From a virus (Duplodnaviria > Caudoviricetes), in IMG/VR virus record IMGVR_UViG_3300031957_002670, positions 1-52,423 of that record: a stretch of DNA of 52,423 bases; one strand, written 5' to 3'. The position numbers and the translations under genes are program-made. Below are positions 1-8,437 of the stretch, piece by piece; positions within the stretch are counted from its first letter, which is position 1; every line of letters starts with the position of its first letter. The notes under the pieces are model-generated. The model saw only the letters and a program-made list of their open reading frames with translations, was not told where the DNA came from and did not search any database.

Positions 1-132
1 CAACATGTGAAAGAGGTTGCAGAAGTTGTGATGGAAGACCCTTACCTTTCCGAAAAGGATAAGAAGACTATTCTTCGAAATCTTTTAGGAAGACATGGTA
101 TGGGTTGTATTTCAAGGGACGCACACGACTGA
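1..132 (+). CDS. 3' end of small hypothetical protein (partial)
   Basis: Frame 1 is open from the window edge (QHVKEVAEVVMEDPYL...ISRDAHD) to TGA at 130-132. Confidence 0.55.
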   Translation, partial: QHVKEVAEVVMEDPYLSEKDKKTILRNLLGRHGMGCISRDAHD

Positions 133-142
133 AGGAACGGGG
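116..142 (+). promoter_or_regulatory. 3' half of a probable glutamine-II (Downstream-peptide) riboswitch aptamer
   Basis: GGGACGCA...GGAACGGG matches the 3' part of the Gln-II consensus as I recall it; it lies directly upstream of a DUF4278-like gene; the 5' strand (CGTTCA...) is not in the window. Confidence 0.5.
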
Positions 143-175
143 ATTAAAACCCTCTACTACTTTAGGAGTAAACTC

Positions 176-343
176 ATGAACACACTTCAAATGATCAAGA
201 AGCAGATCAACAAAGCATCTGCCCTTCATGACGCACAAATCAATCACACTGCATATCGTGGTGTTGAGTATGATACACGTTGCGTGAAGTCAAGTGAAAC
301 CCATGGTACATTTTGTTACCGTGGTCGTACTTACAACAAGTGA
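176..343 (+). CDS. DUF4278-like small protein (YRG motif peptide)
   Basis: AGGAG SD at 164-168 and ATG at 176; two YRGxxY motifs (AYRGVEY, CYRGRTY). Confidence 0.75.
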   Translation: MNTLQMIKKQINKASALHDAQINHTAYRGVEYDTRCVKSSETHGTFCYRGRTYNK

Positions 344-346
344 CAC

Positions 347-375
347 TTGTCACAAGTTCAATTATCTGATAGACT
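347..375 (+). promoter_or_regulatory. sigma70-type promoter
   Basis: TTGTCA-N17-TAGACT; the -35 overlaps a GTGACA-CT-TGTCAC palindrome at 340-353. Confidence 0.55.
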
Positions 376-376
376 A

Positions 377-401
377 GGGGGACACAAGTCTCCCTTTTTT
401 T
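377..401 (+). terminator. Rho-independent terminator
   Basis: GGGGGAC-ACAA-GTCTCCC stem followed by T7. Confidence 0.75.
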
Positions 402-563
402 ATGGAAAAAGATAAACTTAAACTTATCACAAGAAATCTTAGACTTTTAGTTGACGCATTAGAATCAGAAGTGTATTCTGATGTTAAGTCTTACACAGAA
501 AAACTTGAGGAAACACTTCCTCCCCTTCCAGATTACGATGAGGTATTTGAAGATGATGAATGA
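402..563 (+). CDS. Small cyanophage hypothetical protein (53 aa)
   Basis: Read by hand, below the ORF-track cutoff: MEKDKLKLITRNLRLLVDALESEVYSDV...DYDEVFEDDE. Confidence 0.7.
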   Translation: MEKDKLKLITRNLRLLVDALESEVYSDVKSYTEKLEETLPPLPDYDEVFEDDE

Positions 564-795
564 TGATTGGAGATACTCTGAAGACCGAATGAAACTTCGT
601 CAGCAGTGTCTTGGTATCCTGTTAAATAAGTATGGAAGATCCAAGATAGAAGAAGAATCATATAGTACTCAAGACATCTATGAATGTGTAGACACTTGGG
701 TTTCACAAGGTAATCAATTAAGTAATGGAATAGTTTCTTATTTCAATACATATTTCAATCATGAAAACAAAAAAGGCAATCAAGTACATCCTTAA
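553..795 (+). CDS. Hypothetical protein
   Basis: ORF 481..795; likely start MMNDDWRYSEDRMKLR overlapping the upstream stop. Confidence 0.6.
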   Translation: MMNDDWRYSEDRMKLRQQCLGILLNKYGRSKIEEESYSTQDIYECVDTWVSQGNQLSNGIVSYFNTYFNHENKKGNQVHP

Positions 796-916
796 ACATC
801 CTGAACTTTTCAGTGAAGGCGAACGACTCTATGTCGAAAGAGTTAAACAAGAACGAAAACAATTAAAGTCTAGTAAAAAAGATGAATCAAGCCAAACTAA
901 TCTCAGTAACACCTGA
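761..916 (+). CDS. Small basic hypothetical protein (51 aa)
   Basis: Read by hand: MKTKKAIKYILKHPELFSEGERLYVERVKQERK...; fills the gap before thyX. Confidence 0.6.
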   Translation: MKTKKAIKYILKHPELFSEGERLYVERVKQERKQLKSSKKDESSQTNLSNT

Positions 917-1517
917 TGCAGAAAAACAGATTGCATACTGTGCTCGTGTAAGTAATCCAAACAATCAGGACAGTGAGAAGTTCGCAGGTCTTTTGAAGTA
1001 CTGTATTAAACATCAGCATTGGTCTATCTTTGAACAGGCATTTATGTCTATGGAGATTGAGACTACGAGAGGTATTGCAGCCCAAGTATTGCGTCATAGA
1101 AGTTTCACCTTTCAAGAATTTTCACAAAGGTATGCAAGTACTAATCTTTTGAACATTGAGATTGAACTTCCTGAACTTCGTCGTCAGGATGATAAGAACC
1201 GTCAGAATAGTATCGATGATCTTGACCCTGAGGTGGTCGATAAGATCAACCGTCAGATGATTACTCTATTCAGTTCTGCATCTAATCTTTATAGTCAGAT
1301 GTTGGAGGCTGGTGTCGCAAAGGAATGTGCTCGCTTTGTATTGCCACTCGCAACACCAACCAGAATGTATATGACTGGTTCAGTTCGCAGTTGGATTCAT
1401 TACATCGAACTTCGTTCTGCACACGGTACACAGAAAGAACACATGGATATTGCAAATTCATGTAAGGAAATTTTCAAAGAACAATTCCCCATCATTTCAG
1501 AAGCTCTGGAGTGGTAA
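882..1517 (+). CDS. thyX: FAD-dependent thymidylate synthase
   Basis: HWSIFEQA, RHRSFTFQEFSQRY (ThyX motif), KECARFVLP. Confidence 0.97.
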   Translation: MNQAKLISVTPDAEKQIAYCARVSNPNNQDSEKFAGLLKYCIKHQHWSIFEQAFMSMEIETTRGIAAQVLRHRSFTFQEFSQRYASTNLLNIEIELPELRRQDDKNRQNSIDDLDPEVVDKINRQMITLFSSASNLYSQMLEAGVAKECARFVLPLATPTRMYMTGSVRSWIHYIELRSAHGTQKEHMDIANSCKEIFKEQFPIISEALEW

Positions 1518-1523
1518 TAAATA
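1516..1523 (+). promoter_or_regulatory. T4-type late promoter
   Basis: AATAAATA (T4 consensus TATAAATA) about 25 nt before the next start. Confidence 0.6.
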
Positions 1524-1548
1524 TCAACACAAACATTATGGAGGTAAT

Positions 1549-1800
1549 GTGGCAACGTATCCCGTCAAACACAAAGACACTGGTGAGACTAAAGAAGTGC
1601 GGATGAGTGTTCATGATTGGTCTCAATGGTGTAAAGACAATCCAGACTGGTCAAGGTATTACACTCCAGATAATGCACCATGTTTAGGTATTGAAATGGG
1701 TGATCCCCTGAGTAAGATCTATACCAAACATCCTGGATGGAAGGATGTAATGACAAAGGCCAAGCAACAACCAGGTAGTACCCTAAAACATTACGATTAA
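1549..1800 (+). CDS. Cyanophage hypothetical protein
   Basis: GGAGG SD at 1540-1544 and GTG start; (M)ATYPVKHKDTGETKEV...WKDVMTKAK; sits between thyX and phoH. Confidence 0.75.
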   Translation: MATYPVKHKDTGETKEVRMSVHDWSQWCKDNPDWSRYYTPDNAPCLGIEMGDPLSKIYTKHPGWKDVMTKAKQQPGSTLKHYD

Positions 1801-1806
1801 CATCAT

Positions 1807-2571
1807 ATGCCAGTAAAAAAGAAAACGGGTATTGGTAACACCAACCCAGTACCATTTGGTATGAGCAACAAGACAATGAAGAGGAAGAAACCAATCAACC
1901 TTGATTATATCAAGAAGGTGGAACCGATTACAGAGAATCAAGAACTGTTCTTTGAGAAGTATAAAAGTCAACAGAACCTTGTTGCATATGGTTGTGCCGG
2001 TACAGGAAAGACCTTTATCTCCCTCTACAATGCCCTTATGGAAGTCCTAGACCCTAGGACACCCTACGAGAAGATCTACATTGTCAGGTCCCTTGTACCG
2101 ACCAGAGAGATTGGTTTCCTTCCCGGCGATCATGAGGATAAGTCATCTCTTTATCAGATTCCTTATAAGAATATGGTGAAGTATATGTTTGAGATGCCTG
2201 ATGATGCATCTTTTGAGATGTTGTACAACAATCTTAAGGCACAAGGTACTATTTCTTTCTGGTCCACGTCATTCATTCGTGGTACTACACTGGACAATGT
2301 GATTGTAATTGTTGACGAGTTTCAGAACCTGAACTTCCATGAACTGGACTCGATGATTACTCGTATTGGTGAACACTCTAAGATTATGTTCTGTGGTGAT
2401 GCAACTCAGTCTGACCTTACCAAACAGAACGAACGGAATGGTATCGCAGACTTCATGAGAATCTTGACGAACATGCCATCCTTTGATACAATTGAGTTTA
2501 ACGCAGAGGATATCTGCAGAAGTGGTCTTGTGAAGGAGTACATCATTGCTAAACTTGAACTTGGTATGTAA
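1807..2571 (+). CDS. phoH: PhoH-family ATPase
   Basis: Walker A GCAGTGKT, IGFLPG, FIRGTTL, VDEFQN, GDATQSD. Confidence 0.95.
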   Translation: MPVKKKTGIGNTNPVPFGMSNKTMKRKKPINLDYIKKVEPITENQELFFEKYKSQQNLVAYGCAGTGKTFISLYNALMEVLDPRTPYEKIYIVRSLVPTREIGFLPGDHEDKSSLYQIPYKNMVKYMFEMPDDASFEMLYNNLKAQGTISFWSTSFIRGTTLDNVIVIVDEFQNLNFHELDSMITRIGEHSKIMFCGDATQSDLTKQNERNGIADFMRILTNMPSFDTIEFNAEDICRSGLVKEYIIAKLELGM

Positions 2572-3254
2572 TGTTTAATCATCAGGATGTTCCTTTCGTT
2601 CCTATTGAACGAGAGAGTATTGACGGAGTTCGTTACTATAAAGTATTTGGAACTGAAGAACTTGTAAGAATGCCATCTATCACTTCGGTGATTAGTTGGA
2701 GAAACAAAGACAAGTTTAAACAGTGGAGAGCAAAGGTTGGTGAACAAGAAGCCAACAACATTACTCGTAAGGCTACCCATCGTGGTACTGATGCCCATAC
2801 GTTGATTGAGGAGTATCTGAACAACTCAGATACTTTCTCTGATGTTCTTCCCTTATCTCAGTTTCTATTCAAACAGGCCAAACCTGAACTGAATAGGATT
2901 GATAATATTCTATGTCAAGAGACTGCTTTATACAGTACAGAACTAGGTATTGCTGGTTCTGTTGACTGTATCGCTGAGTTTGATGGTGAGTTGTCTGTTA
3001 TTGACTTCAAAACATCAGCCAAACCTAAGAAAAGAGAATGGATTGAAGATTACTTTGTTCAGTGTGCAGCATATGCTTGTATGTTGTATGAGATGAAGGG
3101 TCTTATAGTCAAAAAATTTGTAATCATTATGACCTGTGAAAATGGGGAGGTAGAAGTCTATGAAGAATACGATAAGTCCAAGTATATTAAGTTACTTGTC
3201 CAGTACATCCGCGAGTTCGTGGAATCTAAACTCAGAGAATATGCAAAGCCCTGA
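2571..3254 (+). CDS. PD-(D/E)XK (RecB-like) exonuclease
   Basis: PSITSV, RGTxxH, GSVD...IDFKT, QCAAY motifs; usual position after phoH. Confidence 0.85.
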   Translation: MFNHQDVPFVPIERESIDGVRYYKVFGTEELVRMPSITSVISWRNKDKFKQWRAKVGEQEANNITRKATHRGTDAHTLIEEYLNNSDTFSDVLPLSQFLFKQAKPELNRIDNILCQETALYSTELGIAGSVDCIAEFDGELSVIDFKTSAKPKKREWIEDYFVQCAAYACMLYEMKGLIVKKFVIIMTCENGEVEVYEEYDKSKYIKLLVQYIREFVESKLREYAKP

Positions 3255-3510
3255 AGAGTTAAGTGTCGATAAAATTATAGAAAAGAAATTCTATAGTAGT
3301 CGAACTTTTGCAGAAGAGATTGAAGCCATTGTCAAGAACGGTAATGGAATGAAATACGTTGATGCAATTGTATATTTTTGTGAAAAGAATAGTCTAGACA
3401 TTGAATCTATTCCTAAACTGATTTCGAAACCTCTTAAAGAAAGATTGAAAGTAGAAGCAATGGAATTGAATCTACTGAAGAAAACATCTCACGCCAAACT
3501 TCCTATATGA
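3241..3510 (+). CDS. gp33: Late-promoter transcription coactivator gp33
   Basis: YVDAIVYFCEKN...KLISKPLKERLKVEA; order exonuclease-33-59-32. Confidence 0.85.
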   Translation: MQSPEELSVDKIIEKKFYSSRTFAEEIEAIVKNGNGMKYVDAIVYFCEKNSLDIESIPKLISKPLKERLKVEAMELNLLKKTSHAKLPI

Positions 3511-4118
3511 TACCTAAAGTGACACCCTTTGATACATACAAGGCATACCTTGGATTGAAAAATCACTTTACCAAATCTAACTACGACTACCATCGTTATG
3601 GTGGTAAGTCTAGAGCATCTTTACAATCTTTCTATAAGAGACGTGACCGGTTCTTTTTTGAAAAGCTGAGTAGACAAAAAGATGATAGTCAAGTTGTTGA
3701 ATTCTTCGTGTCTAATTTTGTTAGTTGTGATGATCCTCAGTCTTTGTGGATTGGTGAAATCGTTAGAAACGGAGAACAGAATTACACCGAGTGGAAGAAA
3801 CGCCTTCAATCACTATCTTATACGTTCAAGACTGAGATAGAGGATGTCTTTACAGATAAAGACTTTGATGGTATGTTTAAGATTGAGGGGACTCGACACC
3901 CCCAAATCATCAAAGAACATCTAGCAAAAAACATTTCATTAGAGACGATGGTTATCTTGAATAAGATAATCGGATTCAAAGATGATTTTGATAAGAATCT
4001 TTCAGACCCTGTGTGGAAATTCCTATCAATGAGAATCAATAAGTATAATTCGTTTATACATATTGATGTATTTAAATTCAAATCAATTTTAAGGGAGATA
4101 ATAATCCATGGCTCTTGA
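3507..4118 (+). CDS. gp59: Helicase loader gp59
   Basis: YKAYLGLKNHF...YDYHRYGGK...FYKRRDRFFFEKL; ISLETMVIL. Confidence 0.9.
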   Translation: MIPKVTPFDTYKAYLGLKNHFTKSNYDYHRYGGKSRASLQSFYKRRDRFFFEKLSRQKDDSQVVEFFVSNFVSCDDPQSLWIGEIVRNGEQNYTEWKKRLQSLSYTFKTEIEDVFTDKDFDGMFKIEGTRHPQIIKEHLAKNISLETMVILNKIIGFKDDFDKNLSDPVWKFLSMRINKYNSFIHIDVFKFKSILREIIIHGS

Positions 4119-4293
4119 CAATGCAACCGTACTTGAGAACCTACGGAAACAGCGAGTTGAAGTAGAACAAGGACTTGAAACTACCAGAGAGATGTACCTG
4201 AAACTTGTAGGTGCAATCGAAGTTCTGGAACAGATTGAAGAAGAAAATGCTCGAACCGAAACATCTGAAACTGAAGTTGTGGAAGGAGAATGA
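4108..4293 (+). CDS. Small acidic coiled-coil hypothetical protein
   Basis: 61-aa ORF overlapping both neighbours. Confidence 0.6.
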   Translation: MALDNATVLENLRKQRVEVEQGLETTREMYLKLVGAIEVLEQIEEENARTETSETEVVEGE

Positions 4294-4625
4294 GTTTCTT
4301 CGAGTCAGAACTAGTTCAACAAGAAATGAAGAAAATTTCTGAACTACAGGAAAAAATTTATCAAAAAGTTTTTTCCTTTGCATCGATGGATGATCAAGAT
4401 AAACTTGAACATATCGAAATGTTGGAAGAGTTGTTAAAGACACAACAAATTCTTTATGCTAGAATGAGTTTGTCTGATGACCCTAATGCAAAAGATATGA
4501 AAGAAAATATTATGAATTCTGCAGTCCAACTTGGATTTCCACCCGATGTAGATCTGACATATGTTTTTTCAAATATGACTAACATCATAGACAACATGAA
4601 AAAATCACTTGACAACCCTTCTTGA
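4290..4625 (+). CDS. DUF1825-like protein
   Basis: MSFFESELVQQEM...RMSLSDDP, typical of the family upstream of gp32 in cyanophages. Confidence 0.7.
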   Translation: MSFFESELVQQEMKKISELQEKIYQKVFSFASMDDQDKLEHIEMLEELLKTQQILYARMSLSDDPNAKDMKENIMNSAVQLGFPPDVDLTYVFSNMTNIIDNMKKSLDNPS

Positions 4626-4637
4626 GGGTCGTATAGT
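4609..4637 (+). promoter_or_regulatory. sigma70-type promoter for gp32
   Basis: TTGACA-N17-TATAGT. Confidence 0.8.
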
Positions 4638-4640
4638 AGA

Positions 4641-4672
4641 GGGGTCCCCAAGACACCCCACCCAAGTCTGGG
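4641..4672 (+). promoter_or_regulatory. Candidate H-type pseudoknot in the gp32 leader (translational operator)
   Basis: S1 GGGGT(4641-45)/ACCCC(4655-59); S2 CCC-a-AGAC(4647-54)/GTCTGGG(4666-72). Confidence 0.55.
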
Positions 4673-4706
4673 ACACAAGCCAAATACTAACTAATACGAG
4701 GTACAA

Positions 4707-5639
4707 ATGGGTTTTTCAGACCTTAAAAAGCAAAGTTCCCTTGGGAATCTGACTTCCAAACTGGTAAAGGAAGTCGAGAAGATGGAAAATAAAGGTGGGG
4801 GTCCAGATGAACGTATCTGGAAACCAGAAATGGATAAGACCGGTAACGGTTATGCTGTAATTAGATTCCTTCCCGCTCCAGACGGTGAAGATCTACCATG
4901 GGTGAAGTTGTTCTCTCACGCCTTCCAGGGACCTGGTGGGTGGTACATCGAGAACTCTCTGACTACCATTGGTGGTAAGGATCCTATCGGTGAACTCAAC
5001 CGTGAGTTGTGGAACACTGGTAATGAGAGTGATAAAGATACTGTACGTAAACAGAAACGTAAACTGTCCTTCTACGCCAACATCTATGTTGTCCAGGACA
5101 AAGCCAATCCACAGAATGAAGGCAAAGTCTTCCTGTATAAGTTTGGTAAGAAGATCTTTGATAAGATCATGGAAGCAATGCAACCTGAGTTTGATGATGA
5201 GACCGCAATCAATCCCTTTGACTTCTGGCAGGGTGCTAACTTCAAACTGAAACTGAAGAAAGTTGCAGGTTACTGGAACTATGACTCTAGTGAGTTTGAT
5301 CGTGTCTCTCCTCTTCTGGATGATGACGATGCGATGGAAGCAATCTGGAAGAAGCAGTATTCATTGACTGCTCTTACTGCACCAGATCAATTTAAATCTT
5401 ATGATGAATTGAAGAAGCGTCTAGACATGGTTCTAGGCAGTAAATCACAAGCACGTCAAGAAGCACAGGAGACCGAGTATGATAACTATGCAGCAACTGA
5501 ACAACGCGCTGTTAGTGAAGAGCAAGTCATGCAAAAACTTGAAGACTCTTACCAAGCATCAAAGAATGTTGAACCAACATCCTCTACTGATGACGATGAT
5601 GATCCTCTCAGCTATTTCTCAAAATTGGCCGAGTCTTGA
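4707..5639 (+). CDS. gp32: Single-stranded DNA-binding protein gp32
   Basis: DERIWKP, GNGYAVIRFLP, WYIENSLTT, FGKKIFDKI, acidic C-terminal tail. Confidence 0.97.
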   Translation: MGFSDLKKQSSLGNLTSKLVKEVEKMENKGGGPDERIWKPEMDKTGNGYAVIRFLPAPDGEDLPWVKLFSHAFQGPGGWYIENSLTTIGGKDPIGELNRELWNTGNESDKDTVRKQKRKLSFYANIYVVQDKANPQNEGKVFLYKFGKKIFDKIMEAMQPEFDDETAINPFDFWQGANFKLKLKKVAGYWNYDSSEFDRVSPLLDDDDAMEAIWKKQYSLTALTAPDQFKSYDELKKRLDMVLGSKSQARQEAQETEYDNYAATEQRAVSEEQVMQKLEDSYQASKNVEPTSSTDDDDDPLSYFSKLAES

Positions 5640-5661
5640 CTCATAACATATAATTTTTAAT

Positions 5662-5693
5662 AGGGTTGTAACTTTGGTTACGACCCTTTTTTT
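5662..5693 (+). terminator. Rho-independent terminator after gp32
   Basis: AGGGTTGTAAC-TTTG-GTTACGACCCT followed by a T run. Confidence 0.85.
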
Positions 5694-5775
5694 ATACCCT
5701 AGCGAAATCGCGGCCTTGATTCCAAAAAGGCCGACAAAAAAATCCGGGGGAAAAATGGCCCTATTACTTTTTTTA

Positions 5776-6444
5776 TTACTGGAAGAGTCTAATATTCTCT
5801 CCCCTTACCAGACTAGGAGACACATATTGTGAAGAACCCTTACCATAGGGCATTACTGTTTCAAGATCGTCAATAATCAACGCAAGATAGAATGGTTTAA
5901 TTACGAATATATTTCTTTTTTTGTTTTGTTCCGATACTTCATATTCGTAGTTTGATACGGGATATGCACCAGAACGAGTAATAGTCTGATCTAGACCCTC
6001 ATCGTAGAATGTAACACTATAGTCACTAGGTACAATAATACCCTGTGGAATAATAATTGTATTTTGACTGTCTCTTACTTGACTTGTAATATAGTATTTT
6101 GTAGTATATGCATTTTCATATGATCCATACTTATTGATTAAGTAGTTATTGAATGATTCCTGAGCCATAGGCCATTCATTCTCATAGTGAATAATATTAT
6201 TACACAACATAACTAACCAATCAAGGTTAGAATCACCATAAACCTTTTCTGCAACATTATCAGGTCTATCATCACCAACAACCTGGTATTTTGTAAAGAA
6301 ACCTAGATTGTTTAGAATATCATCTCTTATCTGGGCCCTTTTGAATAAATTCTTAACTTCGGTGTAATCAGAGATTTTCTGACCACTCGAAGTTCTATCT
6401 ACATATTCAAAATCTGGAATATATCTAAAATATGGTTTGGCCAT
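5776..6444 (-). CDS. gp53: Baseplate wedge protein gp53
   Basis: RPDNVAEKVYGDSNLDWLVMLCNNI...EWP (LysM-like gp53 motif); VSNYEYE. Confidence 0.85.
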   Translation of the reverse strand: MAKPYFRYIPDFEYVDRTSSGQKISDYTEVKNLFKRAQIRDDILNNLGFFTKYQVVGDDRPDNVAEKVYGDSNLDWLVMLCNNIIHYENEWPMAQESFNNYLINKYGSYENAYTTKYYITSQVRDSQNTIIIPQGIIVPSDYSVTFYDEGLDQTITRSGAYPVSNYEYEVSEQNKKRNIFVIKPFYLALIIDDLETVMPYGKGSSQYVSPSLVRGENIRLFQ

Positions 6445-8054
6445 TAGTAACCAGTGCCTCCTACTCCATCTTGTTCGTGTTGATATATGGGTTCAAGTTC
6501 ACTAAATGTCATAGCAATCTGGTATTGTGTCATTGAACCATCTTTATATGTCATGTAACTATTACCCGGTGTATAATTAGCACTAAAGTTAGTGAGAGCA
6601 CAAGGTTTAAAAAGATTCATGAATGGATGATCTTCCCCATTATTATGTATATACTTCAATTGAAAAATATCTGGTGTATACAGAAAAAGTCTTTGAGGTG
6701 CTATTTGAGGTGCCATTGATCTTTTAAAGAACCGTATAATTTCTTTGACGGTTGCTGCTTCAGTGTCAGTTCTTGGTGTAAATGTAAAATTAAAACTAAA
6801 CTGTCTTAGTTTTGGACCTTTAAATAACAATTCAAGATTTTTATTTAAAACCTGACCGGTAGATCTTCCTACTATATTTGCACCAACTGCTTGACCTGCA
6901 AAATATGCAGTAATGTATGCACCTAATCCTGGAGTTCTGAGAAGATCTTTTGCAGCCTCTCCTGCATTACCCAATACGTTTGCAATAACACTACCAAACT
7001 CTGTGGCTCCTGCGTTTCTAAACTTAGTGATTCCGTCAGCTGCAAGACCGGCTCCTATTTTTTGAAGTTGATTGATCTCATCCTGATTCCAATCAACAGA
7101 GTTAGATTCACTTAAATTGGGTTGCATCGGTAACTGTATTGTTCCCGTAATACGCCCCAATTTACCAAAAATACCCTTTCCGTTAGTGGTTGTGAAATCA
7201 TCAAGTTTCGGTGCAACAATCTTGCCGTCAACTATCTTATCTGTGAGGAAAGGATTGGTTTTATATTTGTGACCAACAATTTGAATATAATCGTATCCAA
7301 AGGATGTGAGGTCTGCTTCTGGATATTGTAGCATTAATTTGCTATTTTCACCTGCAAATCTTTCGATACTATCTGTATAATAGGGATTGTCTAATTTATT
7401 TACACTAGCATAACCTGCTTCAAAAGGAAGTGTATCATCTACCGTTCCTAAAAATGCATCACCATCTAACGATGCAAAGTCTGTAAAAGGCGAGTTGGAA
7501 CCAATAGAAAATCCATCAGGTGCTAAAAAACCACCAGTAAGAGTTCCATTACTTTCAGCACTACTATCCGAGTTTTGTTCTTCACCACCACTTAAAGGAG
7601 GTACTACTTCAAGTTTAACAACCGGTGATGGTTCTGCAGTATTTGATAGTGATTTATAACCAGATAGGTTTTGTAATTCTTGATATTCTTTTCTTGATGT
7701 ACTACCAGAAAGGTTCTCTTTTGCTAAATCTAAAGTTGCTTGTTTTACACCTCGATTCAGATTTGTGTATTGTTGACTATTTTTTTCTGCAAAAAAGTCA
7801 TCAAAATCTGCTTGATTTGTTATTGTGGGGTTGTTGTTTGAAGCATTATATTGATATATTAACTTGTTACCAAACAAAGTTTTTTTGTATACATCGTAAT
7901 TTCCATTTGATCTATTGGTTATGACAACAATCTTACTTTTGTTTTGCTTACCATCAGATCCGACAGTTCCATTATCGTAGTCAAAGGTTGCCTGATACTT
8001 TGTTGGATCATTTCCACCCAAACTTTGCCAACCTGAAGTATCTTTACTTGCCAC
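6444..8054 (-). CDS. gp48: Baseplate tail-tube cap gp48 with N-terminal extension
   Basis: NLELLFKGPKLRQFSFNFTFTPR, CALTNFSANYTP, FSELEPI. Confidence 0.8.
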   Translation of the reverse strand: MASKDTSGWQSLGGNDPTKYQATFDYDNGTVGSDGKQNKSKIVVITNRSNGNYDVYKKTLFGNKLIYQYNASNNNPTITNQADFDDFFAEKNSQQYTNLNRGVKQATLDLAKENLSGSTSRKEYQELQNLSGYKSLSNTAEPSPVVKLEVVPPLSGGEEQNSDSSAESNGTLTGGFLAPDGFSIGSNSPFTDFASLDGDAFLGTVDDTLPFEAGYASVNKLDNPYYTDSIERFAGENSKLMLQYPEADLTSFGYDYIQIVGHKYKTNPFLTDKIVDGKIVAPKLDDFTTTNGKGIFGKLGRITGTIQLPMQPNLSESNSVDWNQDEINQLQKIGAGLAADGITKFRNAGATEFGSVIANVLGNAGEAAKDLLRTPGLGAYITAYFAGQAVGANIVGRSTGQVLNKNLELLFKGPKLRQFSFNFTFTPRTDTEAATVKEIIRFFKRSMAPQIAPQRLFLYTPDIFQLKYIHNNGEDHPFMNLFKPCALTNFSANYTPGNSYMTYKDGSMTQYQIAMTFSELEPIYQHEQDGVGGTGY

Positions 8055-8089
8055 TATTGTATTTCTCCTAATAATGGTTACTAACCCGT

Positions 8090-8437
8090 TTAGTTATTTA
8101 TTCTGAAACTTTGATAAGGAATAGCACGAAGTGTTTTAAGTTCCATAGGGTCAACTACACGAAGAATTGATGATTCTTCCCAAGTATAATTCCTAAAATC
8201 ACCCCAATGATAGTTTAGACCACGAAAACCCCACTCATAAACACCAACACAAGCAATTAATGGAAATTGGTCGTATTCAACTCTTGGAGTTTTTGCTTGA
8301 TAGATGAATGTATAATAACCACCCACATCAGGAATGACTTCAGTTTCTGTTAGAATTTCCATGATTTCTAACATCATGTCATCAGGATCTGTCATACTTG
8401 AGATCCTATTTTCATCCTCTTCTTTAAATCTATTCAT
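8090..8437 (-). CDS. gp2-like DNA end protector (short form)
   Basis: GGYYTFIYQAKT...YDQFPLI...GFRGLNYHW resembles the gp2 core; adjacent to gp4. Confidence 0.55.
   Translation of the reverse strand: MNRFKEEDENRISSMTDPDDMMLEIMEILTETEVIPDVGGYYTFIYQAKTPRVEYDQFPLIACVGVYEWGFRGLNYHWGDFRNYTWEESSILRVVDPMELKTLRAIPYQSFRINN
8095..8102 (-). promoter_or_regulatory. T4-type late promoter for gp48
   Basis: AATAAATA on the minus strand about 40 nt upstream of the gp48 start. Confidence 0.55.

Noticed and set aside
95-175. Upstream extension of the DUF4278-like ORF from ATG 95
   Set aside because: A good SD at 164-168 supports ATG 176, and the extension overlaps another ORF and the RNA motif.
2571-3254. 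Cas4 assignment for the exonuclease
   Set aside because: It lacks the C-terminal Fe-S cysteine cluster and any CRISPR context; this is the ordinary exonuclease next to phoH.
882-5639. Introns or inteins in thyX, phoH or gp32
   Set aside because: The ORFs are continuous and of normal length with no splicing motifs.
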